Source: Terrimicrobiaceae bacterium
GTDB lineage: Bacteria; Verrucomicrobiota; Verrucomicrobiia; Chthoniobacterales; Terrimicrobiaceae
Direction: 5' to 3'
DNA length: 64,000 nucleotides
NCBI GenBank assembly: GCA_044342325.1
Contig: JBIIPZ010000012.1
Coordinates: 9,354 to 73,353 of the forward strand
This document shows, in pieces, positions 9,952-19,473 of the stretch. The notes beneath the pieces are model-generated. The model was not told where the DNA came from. It saw nothing but the letters and a program-made list of their open reading frames with translations, and searched no databases. A program made the position numbers and the translations under genes. Positions within the stretch are counted from its first letter, which is position 1; the number at the start of each line of letters is the position of its first letter.

Positions 9952-10620
9952 TCAAAAGGGCGCAGTGCTCGAGGATTGAGCCAGCATGAGGGCCTCGATC
10001 GCCTCGCGCGAGGCAGCGGCGACTTCGCGTCCCACGGGGTCGGCATCCGCAATGGCAGCAATGCGGGCGGAGCGTCCATCCAAAAGGTCGGATCCGAAAA
10101 CCTCGGAGATCAAATAACAACCTTGGAGCAGGCTGATGAGTGTCGCATCAAAATGCGTTGGCAGTTCTTCGCTCTGGATCAGGCGGGCCAGGCGCGTTTT
10201 TACCTCGACCCGTTCTTCGTTGTGAACGGTGGGATAACGCCGCAGGCCGATGACCCACAGGATTTTTTTATCCTGGCGCTTCAGAATGCCGCGCTCAATG
10301 AGGTGGTCCAGCACCGCTTGTTCGATATCGCGCTTCTCATCGGACAAAGTCAGGAGCCAATAGGCAATGGAATGACATTTTTCGGCGGCGGCTATGCGCT
10401 GGAGCCAGGGATCGAGCAGCGGATTTCCCGTTGGTGCGGCGTTGAGGACTTCGACGCACTTTGTTCGTGTTGCAATGCGCCCGGCCATTTCCAAATCCGC
10501 CAAAACGGCTCCTGCCAACCCATATCCGATGGCCTGCGGCATCAGCGGCAGGTGCGCACCGGTGGTGTCATCCAACGAAAGCAAAACAATCTCTTCAACG
10601 AGTGCGAGTGGCGGATTCAT
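9952..10620 (-). CDS. GPP34/GOLPH3 family phosphoprotein
   Basis: LVEEIVLLSLDD, GLAGAVLADL, TGNPLLD, L.ERGIL, RRYP pattern. Confidence 0.85.
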   Translation of the reverse strand: MNPPLALVEEIVLLSLDDTTGAHLPLMPQAIGYGLAGAVLADLEMAGRIATRTKCVEVLNAAPTGNPLLDPWLQRIAAAEKCHSIAYWLLTLSDEKRDIEQAVLDHLIERGILKRQDKKILWVIGLRRYPTVHNEERVEVKTRLARLIQSEELPTHFDATLISLLQGCYLISEVFGSDLLDGRSARIAAIADADPVGREVAAASREAIEALMLAQSSSTAPF

Positions 10621-10683
10621 GCAAAAAACATATCCGGAAACTCCAGAAATCCAGCACCGGAAGGTGAAGACCCCATGCGGGTC

Positions 10684-12372
10684 TCAGGTGTATTTCACGA
10701 CTTCCTCGATCGTCGTCAGTCCATCATAGATCGAGCGAAGTCCATCCTCGCGCAGCGTGGTCATGCCAAGTTCGATGGCTTTTTGGCGAATAAGGATGCC
10801 CGGAGCACGGTCGTTGATCATTTCCCGGACGGGATCCGAGATTTTGAGGAGTTCATAAATGCCCTTACGGCCTTTGTAGCCCGTCTGGTTGCAGGCCTCG
10901 CAGCCTTTTCCATAGTAGAAATTTTTATCGCCGATGTCGTGAATGCTGAGGCCGAGGGAGGCCAGAACCTGCTCGCTGGGCTCGTAGGCCGTGCGGCAGG
11001 CTGTGCAGATTTTGCGAATGAGGCGCTGGGCGAGAACGCACTCCAGCGAGGCGGAGATGAGAAACGGCTCGATGCCCATGTCCATGAGGCGCGTCACCGC
11101 GCCAGTCGAGTCGTTCGTGTGGAGCGTGGTGAAGACCAAGTGACCTGTGAGCGACGCTTGAATCGCAATCTGAGCGGTCTCGGCATCACGCGTTTCACCG
11201 ACAAGGATGCGGTCGGGATCCTGACGCAAAAACGCACGGAGAACGCGGGAGAATGTCAGCCCGACGGCGTCGTTGATAGGCACCTGAATGATGCCGTCGA
11301 TCTCGTATTCCACAGGATCCTCTGCGGTGAGGAGCTTGGAATCGATGGTATTGATCTTGCGCAGGCAGGAATAGAGCGTGGTGGTCTTTCCAGAACCGGT
11401 CGGGCCGGTGACGATGAAAATACCGTTTGGCTTTTCAATCACCTCTAAAATATGCGCCATGATGTCCGGCGGCATGCCCAAGGTTTCGAGTTCGAGATTC
11501 ACGCTGGAGCGGTCGAGCACGCGGAGCACAACGCTCTCACCGAAGGCCGTCGGCAGCGTGGAGACACGCAGATCGACCTGGCGGCCATTGATCATGCGCT
11601 GAATGCGTCCATCCTGCGGCAGGCGGCGCTCGGCGATGTTGAGATTCGACATCACTTTGACGCGCGAGATAACCGGCAACGCCAACTTGAAGGGAGGCGG
11701 GTCAAGTTCGTAAAGGGCGCCATCCACACGGTAGCGGATTTTAAATTCGGTCTCGAAAGGCTCGAAATGGATATCACTCGCCCGCGCCGAAACAGCCTTG
11801 TCGAGGATGAGATCCACATATTTGACCACCGGAGCGGCGTTCGCCTCGGCAGTGACCGCCTGAAGATTGAATTGCTCCTCGGGCCCCTCCTCAACCGTGA
11901 TGTCGCCACCGAGTTGCGCAAGGATGTCCTGAATATTCGAATCCTCGGATCCATAATGCTCGCGGATGAACTTGCGGACTTGGGGAGGAAACGAAACGAC
12001 CTGCACGATCTCGCGGCCAAGCGCGAAGCGGATGTCCTCGAGCGGATGAGAATTCAGAGGATCCGCGAGGGCTACAAAAATGGTGTTTCCAGATGCACCC
12101 ACAGGCAAAACGCCATGTAAGCGCGCGAGACCAGATGGGATCAAGGTGAGCGTCGTGGCATCGGGTGTGAATCCCTCCAAGCTGTGCGCCTCGGCACCGA
12201 TGGCCTCAGCGAGGACAATCTCGAAGCCAGACTCATCGACCAGCTGGGATTCAATGAAAACCTCCTCGATAGGCTTGGAACCGGCCTCGGCCGCTTGAAT
12301 GAAAGCCTCTGCCTGCTCGGGCGTGAGGTAACCCTTTTCCACAAAAATGTCGGTGACTTGCCGGGAATCCAT
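10684..12372 (-). CDS. Type IV pilus/T2SS assembly ATPase (PilB/GspE family)
   Basis: ASDIHFEP, RLPQDGRI, GPTGSGKTTTLY, EDPVEY, RQDPD, TGHLVFTTLHTND, CxxC zinc motifs. Confidence 0.93.
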   Translation of the reverse strand: MDSRQVTDIFVEKGYLTPEQAEAFIQAAEAGSKPIEEVFIESQLVDESGFEIVLAEAIGAEAHSLEGFTPDATTLTLIPSGLARLHGVLPVGASGNTIFVALADPLNSHPLEDIRFALGREIVQVVSFPPQVRKFIREHYGSEDSNIQDILAQLGGDITVEEGPEEQFNLQAVTAEANAAPVVKYVDLILDKAVSARASDIHFEPFETEFKIRYRVDGALYELDPPPFKLALPVISRVKVMSNLNIAERRLPQDGRIQRMINGRQVDLRVSTLPTAFGESVVLRVLDRSSVNLELETLGMPPDIMAHILEVIEKPNGIFIVTGPTGSGKTTTLYSCLRKINTIDSKLLTAEDPVEYEIDGIIQVPINDAVGLTFSRVLRAFLRQDPDRILVGETRDAETAQIAIQASLTGHLVFTTLHTNDSTGAVTRLMDMGIEPFLISASLECVLAQRLIRKICTACRTAYEPSEQVLASLGLSIHDIGDKNFYYGKGCEACNQTGYKGRKGIYELLKISDPVREMINDRAPGILIRQKAIELGMTTLREDGLRSIYDGLTTIEEVVKYT

Positions 12373-12377
12373 GTTGG

Positions 12378-14072
12378 TTAATCCAAATCCGCCATTGTTG
12401 AACTGATGACTTCGTCGGCGGTGGTGACACCGGCGAGCACTTTGCGCACTCCATCCTCACGAAGGGTCCTCATTCCTAGCTCCCGGGCGCGTTGGCGCAG
12501 GGCGATGGTGGAGGCGTTGTTATTGACCATGTTCCTCACCTCGTCATCGACGAGGAACATTTCAAAAATACCCATTCGGCCCTTGAAGCCCTTGCCTCTG
12601 CAAGCGTCGCAACCGACGGGCTGCATGACGCGGGCTTGGGAGAGCATACCTGGCTCGATCTGCAGGGCGCTCATTTCGTATTCCGTCAACTCGCCGGGCT
12701 GCTTGCAAGTCGGGCAGAGCCTGCGAACAAGGCGCTGGGCGACCACAGCGCGGACGGAACTTGAGACAAGAAACGGCTTCACTCCGATATCCACCAAACG
12801 CGCGATGGCACTCGGAGCGTCGTTTGTGTGGAGGGTCGAGAGAACAAGATGGCCGGTCAGAGAGGCGTTCACCGCGATGCTGGCGGTCTCGTTGTCACGA
12901 ATCTCACCGATCATGATGATATTCGGCGCCTGACGCAGGATCGAACGGAGTGCAGCCGGAAATGTCATGCCGATGCTGGCATTGACTGGCACCTGGTTGA
13001 TGCCGTTCATCTGATATTCCACAGGATCCTCCACCGTGATGAGCTTCCGGTCGGGCTTGTTCATGTAGTTCAAGCAACCATAAAGGGTGGTCGTTTTTCC
13101 CGAGCCGGTGGGGCCCGTTACAAGAATGATGCCGTCGGGCAGGTTGATGCACTGCTCGAACTTGGCCTGATCGTCCGAGAGGAAACCCAAGTCCGGCAGA
13201 CCAAGCATAAGAGATGTCTTGTCGAGGATACGCATCACGACGCTCTCCCCGTGCACAGTCGGAATGGTGGAAACACGAAGATCGACGGATTTTTCACCAA
13301 CCCGCACTTGAATGCGACCGTCCTGCGGGAGGCGCTTCTCGGCGATGCTCATCGTGCGAGACATGATCTTGAGACGACTGACGATGGCACCATGAAGACG
13401 CTTCGGCGGAGATTGCATTTCCTGGAGCACGCCATCGATGCGGAAACGCAGGCGCAGCTTGGTCTCGAGGGGCTCGATATGGATATCACTCGCCCGGTTC
13501 GTGTAGGCTTCCAGAAGCAGCATCGAGACGAGTTTGATGACCGGTGCGTCGCCTTCAACCGCATCACCCTCGTCCTCGCCCCGTGCAATATCGCTTCCCT
13601 CGACCTCGCCCATGGATTTGAGCAGGTCTGAAGTGGCATCGGCTGCGTCCCCGTGGAATTTGATGATCAGCTTGTGAATGGCATCCGGCGTGGCGCAGAC
13701 GAATTCCAATTCGCGCCTCAACTTGTAGGTGAGGTCGTCCATCGTCTGCATGGCCATCGGGTCGGCGAGTGCAATGATGAGAACCCCGTCGCGAAGAGCG
13801 ACCGGCAAGGCATGGTAGCGGCGCGCGTCTTCTGCCGGCATATGTTCGACCACATTGCGTTCGACCTGCATGTGTTCGAGGTCCACAAACTCCATACTGT
13901 TCTGGGCAGCCAGTGCTCGGCTCACATCTTCCTGTGTGACGAGTCCACCTTGAAGCAGAGTGTGGAGCAACCCGCCCCCATCCATATTGGCACGGGCGGC
14001 TTCGATCTGCGACTTGGTCAGCAGACCCAGATCGCGGAGAACTTCAACTGTGTATTCGTCAGTCTGGGACAC
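12378..14072 (-). CDS. Type IV pilus/T2SS assembly ATPase (PilB/GspE family), second paralogue
   Basis: Same Walker A and His-box motifs; N-terminal T2SSE_N-like region; GTG start. Confidence 0.93.
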   Translation of the reverse strand: MSQTDEYTVEVLRDLGLLTKSQIEAARANMDGGGLLHTLLQGGLVTQEDVSRALAAQNSMEFVDLEHMQVERNVVEHMPAEDARRYHALPVALRDGVLIIALADPMAMQTMDDLTYKLRRELEFVCATPDAIHKLIIKFHGDAADATSDLLKSMGEVEGSDIARGEDEGDAVEGDAPVIKLVSMLLLEAYTNRASDIHIEPLETKLRLRFRIDGVLQEMQSPPKRLHGAIVSRLKIMSRTMSIAEKRLPQDGRIQVRVGEKSVDLRVSTIPTVHGESVVMRILDKTSLMLGLPDLGFLSDDQAKFEQCINLPDGIILVTGPTGSGKTTTLYGCLNYMNKPDRKLITVEDPVEYQMNGINQVPVNASIGMTFPAALRSILRQAPNIIMIGEIRDNETASIAVNASLTGHLVLSTLHTNDAPSAIARLVDIGVKPFLVSSSVRAVVAQRLVRRLCPTCKQPGELTEYEMSALQIEPGMLSQARVMQPVGCDACRGKGFKGRMGIFEMFLVDDEVRNMVNNNASTIALRQRARELGMRTLREDGVRKVLAGVTTADEVISSTMADLD

Positions 14073-14144
14073 TTGGGCGAGGAAATGAAGAGGTCTATCT
14101 ACGGGAGCAATACCGCCAAGTCAACAAATGGCCGCAATTCAGGG

Positions 14145-14933
14145 TCAGCGCGAAAAAAACATCCACACCAACACGAGACCAAGAATGATGCGGTAAACGC
14201 CGAAACCAATGAAGGTGTGCGTCTGGACATAGCGCAGAAGCCACTTCACGGCGATGAAGGAGACGATCGCCGAAACCGCGGTCCCCAAGAAAAGCAGACC
14301 CCAATGTTCGGTCGCGCCGCCATTGAGAGCTTTAAGAATCTTATAGGCTCCGGCGGCAAGCAGCGTTGGAATACCGATCAGGAAGGAAAACTCTGTCGCC
14401 ACGACACGGTTCAGACCGCAGAGCATGGCAAAAATAATAGTGGCCCCGGATCGCGAGGTGCCAGGAAAGACCGCTGCGAGAATCTGAGCAAACGCCACCA
14501 TGAAAACAACCGGCCAAGTGATGCAGTCCGCAAGCCCGCGGCCGTGCAATTTTTTTTCGACGACAATGAATAAAATACCGCCGACAATCAGCGCGCCCGC
14601 GATGGGCAGCGTCGTCTCGGGCAGTTCAATTCCGAGTTTGTCGAGTGTGAGTCCACCGACGACCGTGATGAGAAAGCCAACGAGTATTTTGAGATTAAAA
14701 TCCAAGCTCTGCGGACTCCGCCAGTCGGCCATCATACGCAAGCGGTCTTTGAAGAGCGGCAGGACAGCAAGCACCGCGCCGCTCTGGATTACAACATTGA
14801 AAAGATCACTCTGCCGGTAATCCAGCCATTCCTGGAAGATCAGCAAATGCCCGGTTGATGAGACCGGTATGAACTCGGTGGCACCCTCGACTATGCCGAG
14901 GATGACGACGATCAGCCATTCAGGGAGCGCCAA
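14145..14933 (-). CDS. uppP: Undecaprenyl-diphosphate phosphatase
   Basis: GIVEGATEFIPVSSTGHL, PGTSRSGATI, EFSFLIGIP. Confidence 0.95.
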   Translation of the reverse strand: MALPEWLIVVILGIVEGATEFIPVSSTGHLLIFQEWLDYRQSDLFNVVIQSGAVLAVLPLFKDRLRMMADWRSPQSLDFNLKILVGFLITVVGGLTLDKLGIELPETTLPIAGALIVGGILFIVVEKKLHGRGLADCITWPVVFMVAFAQILAAVFPGTSRSGATIIFAMLCGLNRVVATEFSFLIGIPTLLAAGAYKILKALNGGATEHWGLLFLGTAVSAIVSFIAVKWLLRYVQTHTFIGFGVYRIILGLVLVWMFFSR

Positions 14934-14945
14934 GCGATTGTTCCC

Positions 14946-15299
<354 letters not shown>

Positions 15300-15353
15300 T
15301 CAGAAGCGATCTTGACTGGCAAGCATCAAGACCACGGAGACCCTTTTGAGAAA

Positions 15354-15905
15354 ATGAAACCCATACAGTGGCGGCGCACCAGACTTGGCCGGTATCTGCG
15401 CCACCTGCCGCGCGCAAAACACATTCGTGGCACATGGATCCATCGCGTTTTCGGAGACCGGCTCTTTGCAAATGAGCTTTGGCATCCCACAGGACAGAAA
15501 TTTGCCACCGGCATGGCGATCGGCGCCTTCTTCGCACTCATGCCTCTTCCCGTGCAAATGATCGCAGCTGCTCTGGCCGCATTTTTCTTGAGGGCAAATA
15601 TCCCCGCCGCCATCGCGGGCACATGGATCAGCAATCCGTTCACCTTTCCTTTCTGCGTCTATTTTCAATACCGCTTGGGATGTTTCCTGACCGGTCGCGA
15701 TCCGATGCATTTTAAGGACCCTGACCTCCTCGCATCTCTCTCAGGTGCTCCCATGCCGTTTCTGGTCGGCATCATTCCAGCAGGCCTACTTCTGGCTGCT
15801 GTGACTTATCCGGTGACGCTGATTTTGTGGGAGTGGACTACACGAAGCATCCATGCCGCAAAAAGGCGCCGCCTCGCAATGCTGGCAGCCAAAAGCAAAG
15901 TTTAG
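15354..15905 (+). CDS. DUF2062 family membrane protein
   Basis: GMAIGAF..LMP, RANIPAAIAGTWISNPFT. Confidence 0.85.
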   Translation: MKPIQWRRTRLGRYLRHLPRAKHIRGTWIHRVFGDRLFANELWHPTGQKFATGMAIGAFFALMPLPVQMIAAALAAFFLRANIPAAIAGTWISNPFTFPFCVYFQYRLGCFLTGRDPMHFKDPDLLASLSGAPMPFLVGIIPAGLLLAAVTYPVTLILWEWTTRSIHAAKRRRLAMLAAKSKV

Positions 15906-15930
15906 ATTTCGGGAGTGCGATGGTGGAAGA

Positions 15931-16356
15931 ATGAAAGCTCCGCGCAAAATCACTTTCCTTGGTGAACCTGCCCGGTTGGCCGGGATACGCGAAGGCGCAA
16001 GGGAGTTTTTAGCGGGCGCGGGATTCAACAATGAGGAGGAGGCGAGAATCATCATGGCTCTCGACGAGGCCTGCACGAACATCATCCGCCACGCGCACGA
16101 GGGCTTCGTCAAACCCGTGCGACTCGAAATGAAATGGCTGAAGAACCGCCTACGCTTCGTTCTACGGGACTACGGCAGGCCGCTCGATCCACTAACAATT
16201 CCATCCCAAGACATCCAAATCACCACACCTGGTGGCCTCGGCGTTTTCATAATTCGCGAGGTTTTCGATCTCGTTGAATACACTCCCCAAGTCCGGGGAA
16301 CCCGACTGACACTGGAAAAGCTGCTGCCTGCAGGTGGAACTCAGAGTTCCTTTTGA
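15931..16356 (+). CDS. RsbW-like anti-sigma factor / Ser kinase (HATPase_c_2)
   Basis: ALDEACTNIIRHA, LRDYG, GGLGVFII. Confidence 0.85.
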   Translation: MKAPRKITFLGEPARLAGIREGAREFLAGAGFNNEEEARIIMALDEACTNIIRHAHEGFVKPVRLEMKWLKNRLRFVLRDYGRPLDPLTIPSQDIQITTPGGLGVFIIREVFDLVEYTPQVRGTRLTLEKLLPAGGTQSSF

Positions 16357-17579
16357 ACGATGCGGAAGATTTCTGTGTTATCCTGAAATCCTTTGAGCGC
16401 CTCGGAGCCTGGGCCGCTTCCGACAGCGATGGCATCCTCCGCGACTCCGATAGCCGCAGCGCGCTTGCTTGCGGCGGGCTCGGTGGAAACCGGCCCCTCC
16501 GGACTTGTGCGTGTGCCCGACTCGGGCCCGGTGGACCATGTGATGGATGGCGCGCCTTGGGCGTTGATGCCCAGAAGTCCAGCACCCTTATCGTTGCGGA
16601 AGGGATAGCCATTGAGACGCAGGCCACCGACATTGCGTTTTCCAACGACGAGAATCAAAGCCTTCGGCCCGGCATAGCGCACCGCCTCGGCCACGGCTTC
16701 GTCGAGTGCGAGAATTTCGCGCAGGGTTCGCTCGCCTTCGTTTTGCGCGGCGGATTTTCCCGCAAGACCGGCGTCAACGATCAACAGGTAGCCACGCGCG
16801 TTGTATTGCAGGAGCCGAATGGCATTTCGCACCATAGTGGACAATGTCGGCTGACCTGCCTCCGCCGCGAATTCATCGGCGAAATTCAGGTTTCCCATAC
16901 TGAAAAGACCGAGCGTCTTCGGAGTTCTCCAGGACGGCGTGCCTTCGAGTTCCAACTCCGAGCGCACGACATCGTAACCTTTGTCACGCATCTCCTGGAT
17001 GAGATCTCTCGCGTCGCCGCGCCGCCCACCCTGTGCATCGGGCAAAAAATCCGCCGCGCCACCGCCCATAATCACATCCACTCCCTGCGCCTCGGCGAGT
17101 TGGCGAGCGATGACCGGATAGTCGAGAGGGTCGGAGGTTCCCGCATAGAAAGCGGCGGCCGTGGCATCCGTGATCGAGGCATTAGAAACGATACCGGTGG
17201 CGCGTCCACGCTGGCGCGCGATCTCGACAAGATTCGGCAAGGCGCCCTTGCCTTGATTCACTCCGAGCACGCCGTTGTTGCCTTTTTGGCCAGTGGCAAT
17301 CGAGCTCGCGGACGCAGCGGCATCTGGAACCGCGAAGTCATTCGCATGGGTTGTCACGAGTGCGATGTTGGGAAACTTCTCGATCTGCAAACGGTGATCA
17401 GCTCCGCCCTGATAGTTTCTGGCCGGCGTCAGAACGGACGGAGTGAGGTTGTCCGCAAGAAAAACAATGACTGCAAAAGGACGCTGGACGACCCAGTTGA
17501 TGTAGAAGAGAGCGCCTAATGCGAGGAAGACGAGAAGGCATCCCAAAGCCAAAAGTCGGTTGCGCGTTTTTTTGTTCAT
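16341..17579 (-). CDS. Alkaline phosphatase-fold protein with a degenerate active site
   Basis: PhoA-like layout (VPDAAASASSIATG, DVIMGGG, LGLF, PTLSTMV, DNTEIF); N-terminal TM anchor. Confidence 0.8.
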   Translation of the reverse strand: MNKKTRNRLLALGCLLVFLALGALFYINWVVQRPFAVIVFLADNLTPSVLTPARNYQGGADHRLQIEKFPNIALVTTHANDFAVPDAAASASSIATGQKGNNGVLGVNQGKGALPNLVEIARQRGRATGIVSNASITDATAAAFYAGTSDPLDYPVIARQLAEAQGVDVIMGGGAADFLPDAQGGRRGDARDLIQEMRDKGYDVVRSELELEGTPSWRTPKTLGLFSMGNLNFADEFAAEAGQPTLSTMVRNAIRLLQYNARGYLLIVDAGLAGKSAAQNEGERTLREILALDEAVAEAVRYAGPKALILVVGKRNVGGLRLNGYPFRNDKGAGLLGINAQGAPSITWSTGPESGTRTSPEGPVSTEPAASKRAAAIGVAEDAIAVGSGPGSEALKGFQDNTEIFRIVQKEL

Positions 17580-17629
17580 GGAAAACATTTGCGTCCCGGC
17601 CGCTCTCCGGGCAATATCTAATTCCTGTT

Positions 17630-17703
17630 TGCCCTGTGGTGTAATGGTAACACAGTGCCCTTTGGAGGCATTATTCATGGTTCGAGTCCATGCGGGGCAG
17701 CCA
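17630..17703 (+). tRNA. tRNA-Gln (anticodon TTG)
   Basis: Acceptor TGCCCTG/CGGGGCA; anticodon arm GTGCC-CTTTGGA-GGCAT; T arm CATGG-TTCGAGT-CCATG; encoded CCA. Confidence 0.95.
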
Positions 17704-17760
17704 CTCTCAAGATGAATGCGGTCTTGAGATCGGCTGACTCTCCCCCTACAAGAAAGCGAA

Positions 17761-18174
17761 ATGACCAATCTCCCTAAAGAATGGCGATTCCTGCGCTCAG
17801 GCTGGATTTATGCCTTTGTCCTGACCGGCCAATCGTTGGGAGCAACGGAGATGGTCTCGAAGGCCCTGCAGGGTGTGGCCGCTCGAAACGACCTTGTTTC
17901 CTCGAGCCGAAGGAAGCGTTTATTTTTTGCGACACTTTTTCGCGAGGGGCATAAATTTCCGCGTCACACCGAGCCGGCTGAGGAGAAATACTCCACCCTT
18001 GCCAGCCTGCATAAAATTCAGGAACCAGGCCGCAGTGCACTCGCTCTTCTTCACCTGAGGCTTTTTGATCCCGACCAGATCGCCGTCATCATCGGCAGAA
18101 CGGAGAAGGAACTTCCCGCCATCCTCACGGCCGCGCGGGAGGAATTTTCCAAACTGGGGGCACCACTCCCATGA
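17761..18174 (+). CDS. Divergent ECF sigma-factor-like protein
   Basis: Region-2-like IYAFVLTGQSLGATEMV and region-4-like RSALALL...DQIAVIIG...ILTAARE. Confidence 0.55.
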   Translation: MTNLPKEWRFLRSGWIYAFVLTGQSLGATEMVSKALQGVAARNDLVSSSRRKRLFFATLFREGHKFPRHTEPAEEKYSTLASLHKIQEPGRSALALLHLRLFDPDQIAVIIGRTEKELPAILTAAREEFSKLGAPLP

Positions 18175-18917
18175 GACCCTCCACAGCTCGACGCATTCTG
18201 ACCTGCCATGTCGATGATCCGAACGGCGATGTCCCGACCGTCATGCAAAGCGCATTGAAGGCGCTCGGAAAATCTCCAGAGCTACAAGCAGACTATGAAA
18301 AGCAATCGCGCATTGATGCGAGCCTGCGTGGAGCCTTCAAGGACGCCGAGGTTCCGGACGAGGCCCTGAGCGGATTTGCCTCGCAGGTGTCAGCGATTCC
18401 GACGCGGCACTTCAACCCGCGCGACCCGGCGATTATTTCTGTCATCATAGGATTTGTCCTCTTGGTCTTCGTGCTCACATGGGACTTCTTAGGACGCCCG
18501 GCCTCCTTTCCGCCCGATGGCTTGGAAGTAGCCGAAGCCATTTTGGAAGCAGAGAATTCGGCTTTTCAACTGGTCTCTGTTCCGGCTGAGGAACTCGAAG
18601 ATTGGTTTGTCTTGAAAGGATTCGACGGGTTCCGCACACCGGATTTCCTTTTGGGTGGGAAAGTCGATTCCGCCGGCATTTTGGAATTTGAAAAACAACC
18701 CCTCGCAGTCGTCGGCCTACCTGCTCTGAAAGCTCAACTGGCTGTCTTCAGCGCCGCTCCATGGAACATCGTTATTCCCGATGGCGAGTGGCGCACAGCC
18801 CAGATCGATCCCGAATACGCCGTCGCATTGAGCCGAGAAAAAGACATGTGCTTCCTAGTCATATTTCAGGGCACAGAGGCGGGACTGCGTGCCATCCTTA
18901 AAGGCGGCGCCCGCTGA
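18171..18917 (+). CDS. Putative single-TM anti-sigma factor-like protein
   Basis: ATGA overlap with the ECF-like gene; N-terminal helical domain, one TM (IISVIIGFVLLVFVLTW), extracytoplasmic domain. Confidence 0.55.
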   Translation: MRPSTARRILTCHVDDPNGDVPTVMQSALKALGKSPELQADYEKQSRIDASLRGAFKDAEVPDEALSGFASQVSAIPTRHFNPRDPAIISVIIGFVLLVFVLTWDFLGRPASFPPDGLEVAEAILEAENSAFQLVSVPAEELEDWFVLKGFDGFRTPDFLLGGKVDSAGILEFEKQPLAVVGLPALKAQLAVFSAAPWNIVIPDGEWRTAQIDPEYAVALSREKDMCFLVIFQGTEAGLRAILKGGAR

Positions 18918-18926
18918 GGCCCTCGC

Positions 18927-19409
18927 TTATTTCAGAGAATCGAGAGCGGCCTGCACCTCTGCAGCGTGTTCGCCGGTTTTCGCCGATGGAGACATCCAAA
19001 CAACCTGACCGTCCTTGATCAGGAACGATTGCCTCTTGCTCACAGGCAAACCCATCACGCCGCCCACACCAAAGGCCTCAGCGACCTTGCCGTCCGCATC
19101 GGCAACGAGGGAAAAAGGAAGATTGTATTTCTGCTGAAATTTTTTCTGAGAGGCAGGCGTGTCGCGACTCACGCCGACGATTTGCAGACTCTCAGCCTTC
19201 AGCGACTCGAAAGAATCCCGCAGCGAGCAGGCTTGCGCCGTGCAGCCGGGGGTGTCCGCTTTCGGATAGAAATAAACCAGCGTGATGCCCTTAGCATAGA
19301 CATCCGCAAAGGCTAAGGGCTTGCCGTCCTGATCCACCGCAGCGGGAACCGGCGCAGGCGCTCCGACTTCGAGGGCTTTTACTTTGCTGCCAAATCCAAA
19401 AAGACTCAT
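18927..19409 (-). CDS. bcp: Peroxiredoxin (Bcp/PrxQ)
   Basis: YFYPKADTPGCTAQAC, GVSRD. Confidence 0.92.
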   Translation of the reverse strand: MSLFGFGSKVKALEVGAPAPVPAAVDQDGKPLAFADVYAKGITLVYFYPKADTPGCTAQACSLRDSFESLKAESLQIVGVSRDTPASQKKFQQKYNLPFSLVADADGKVAEAFGVGGVMGLPVSKRQSFLIKDGQVVWMSPSAKTGEHAAEVQAALDSLK

Positions 19410-19473
19410 AGTGATAATTGCGACGAGGGTTGTCTTGCCGTGCATGGCAACCACTTTATTGGCGCAAAGGCAC

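Noticed and set aside
17630..17760. tRNA-Gln as an integration site
   Set aside because: No integrase and no duplicated tRNA 3' end were seen in the window.
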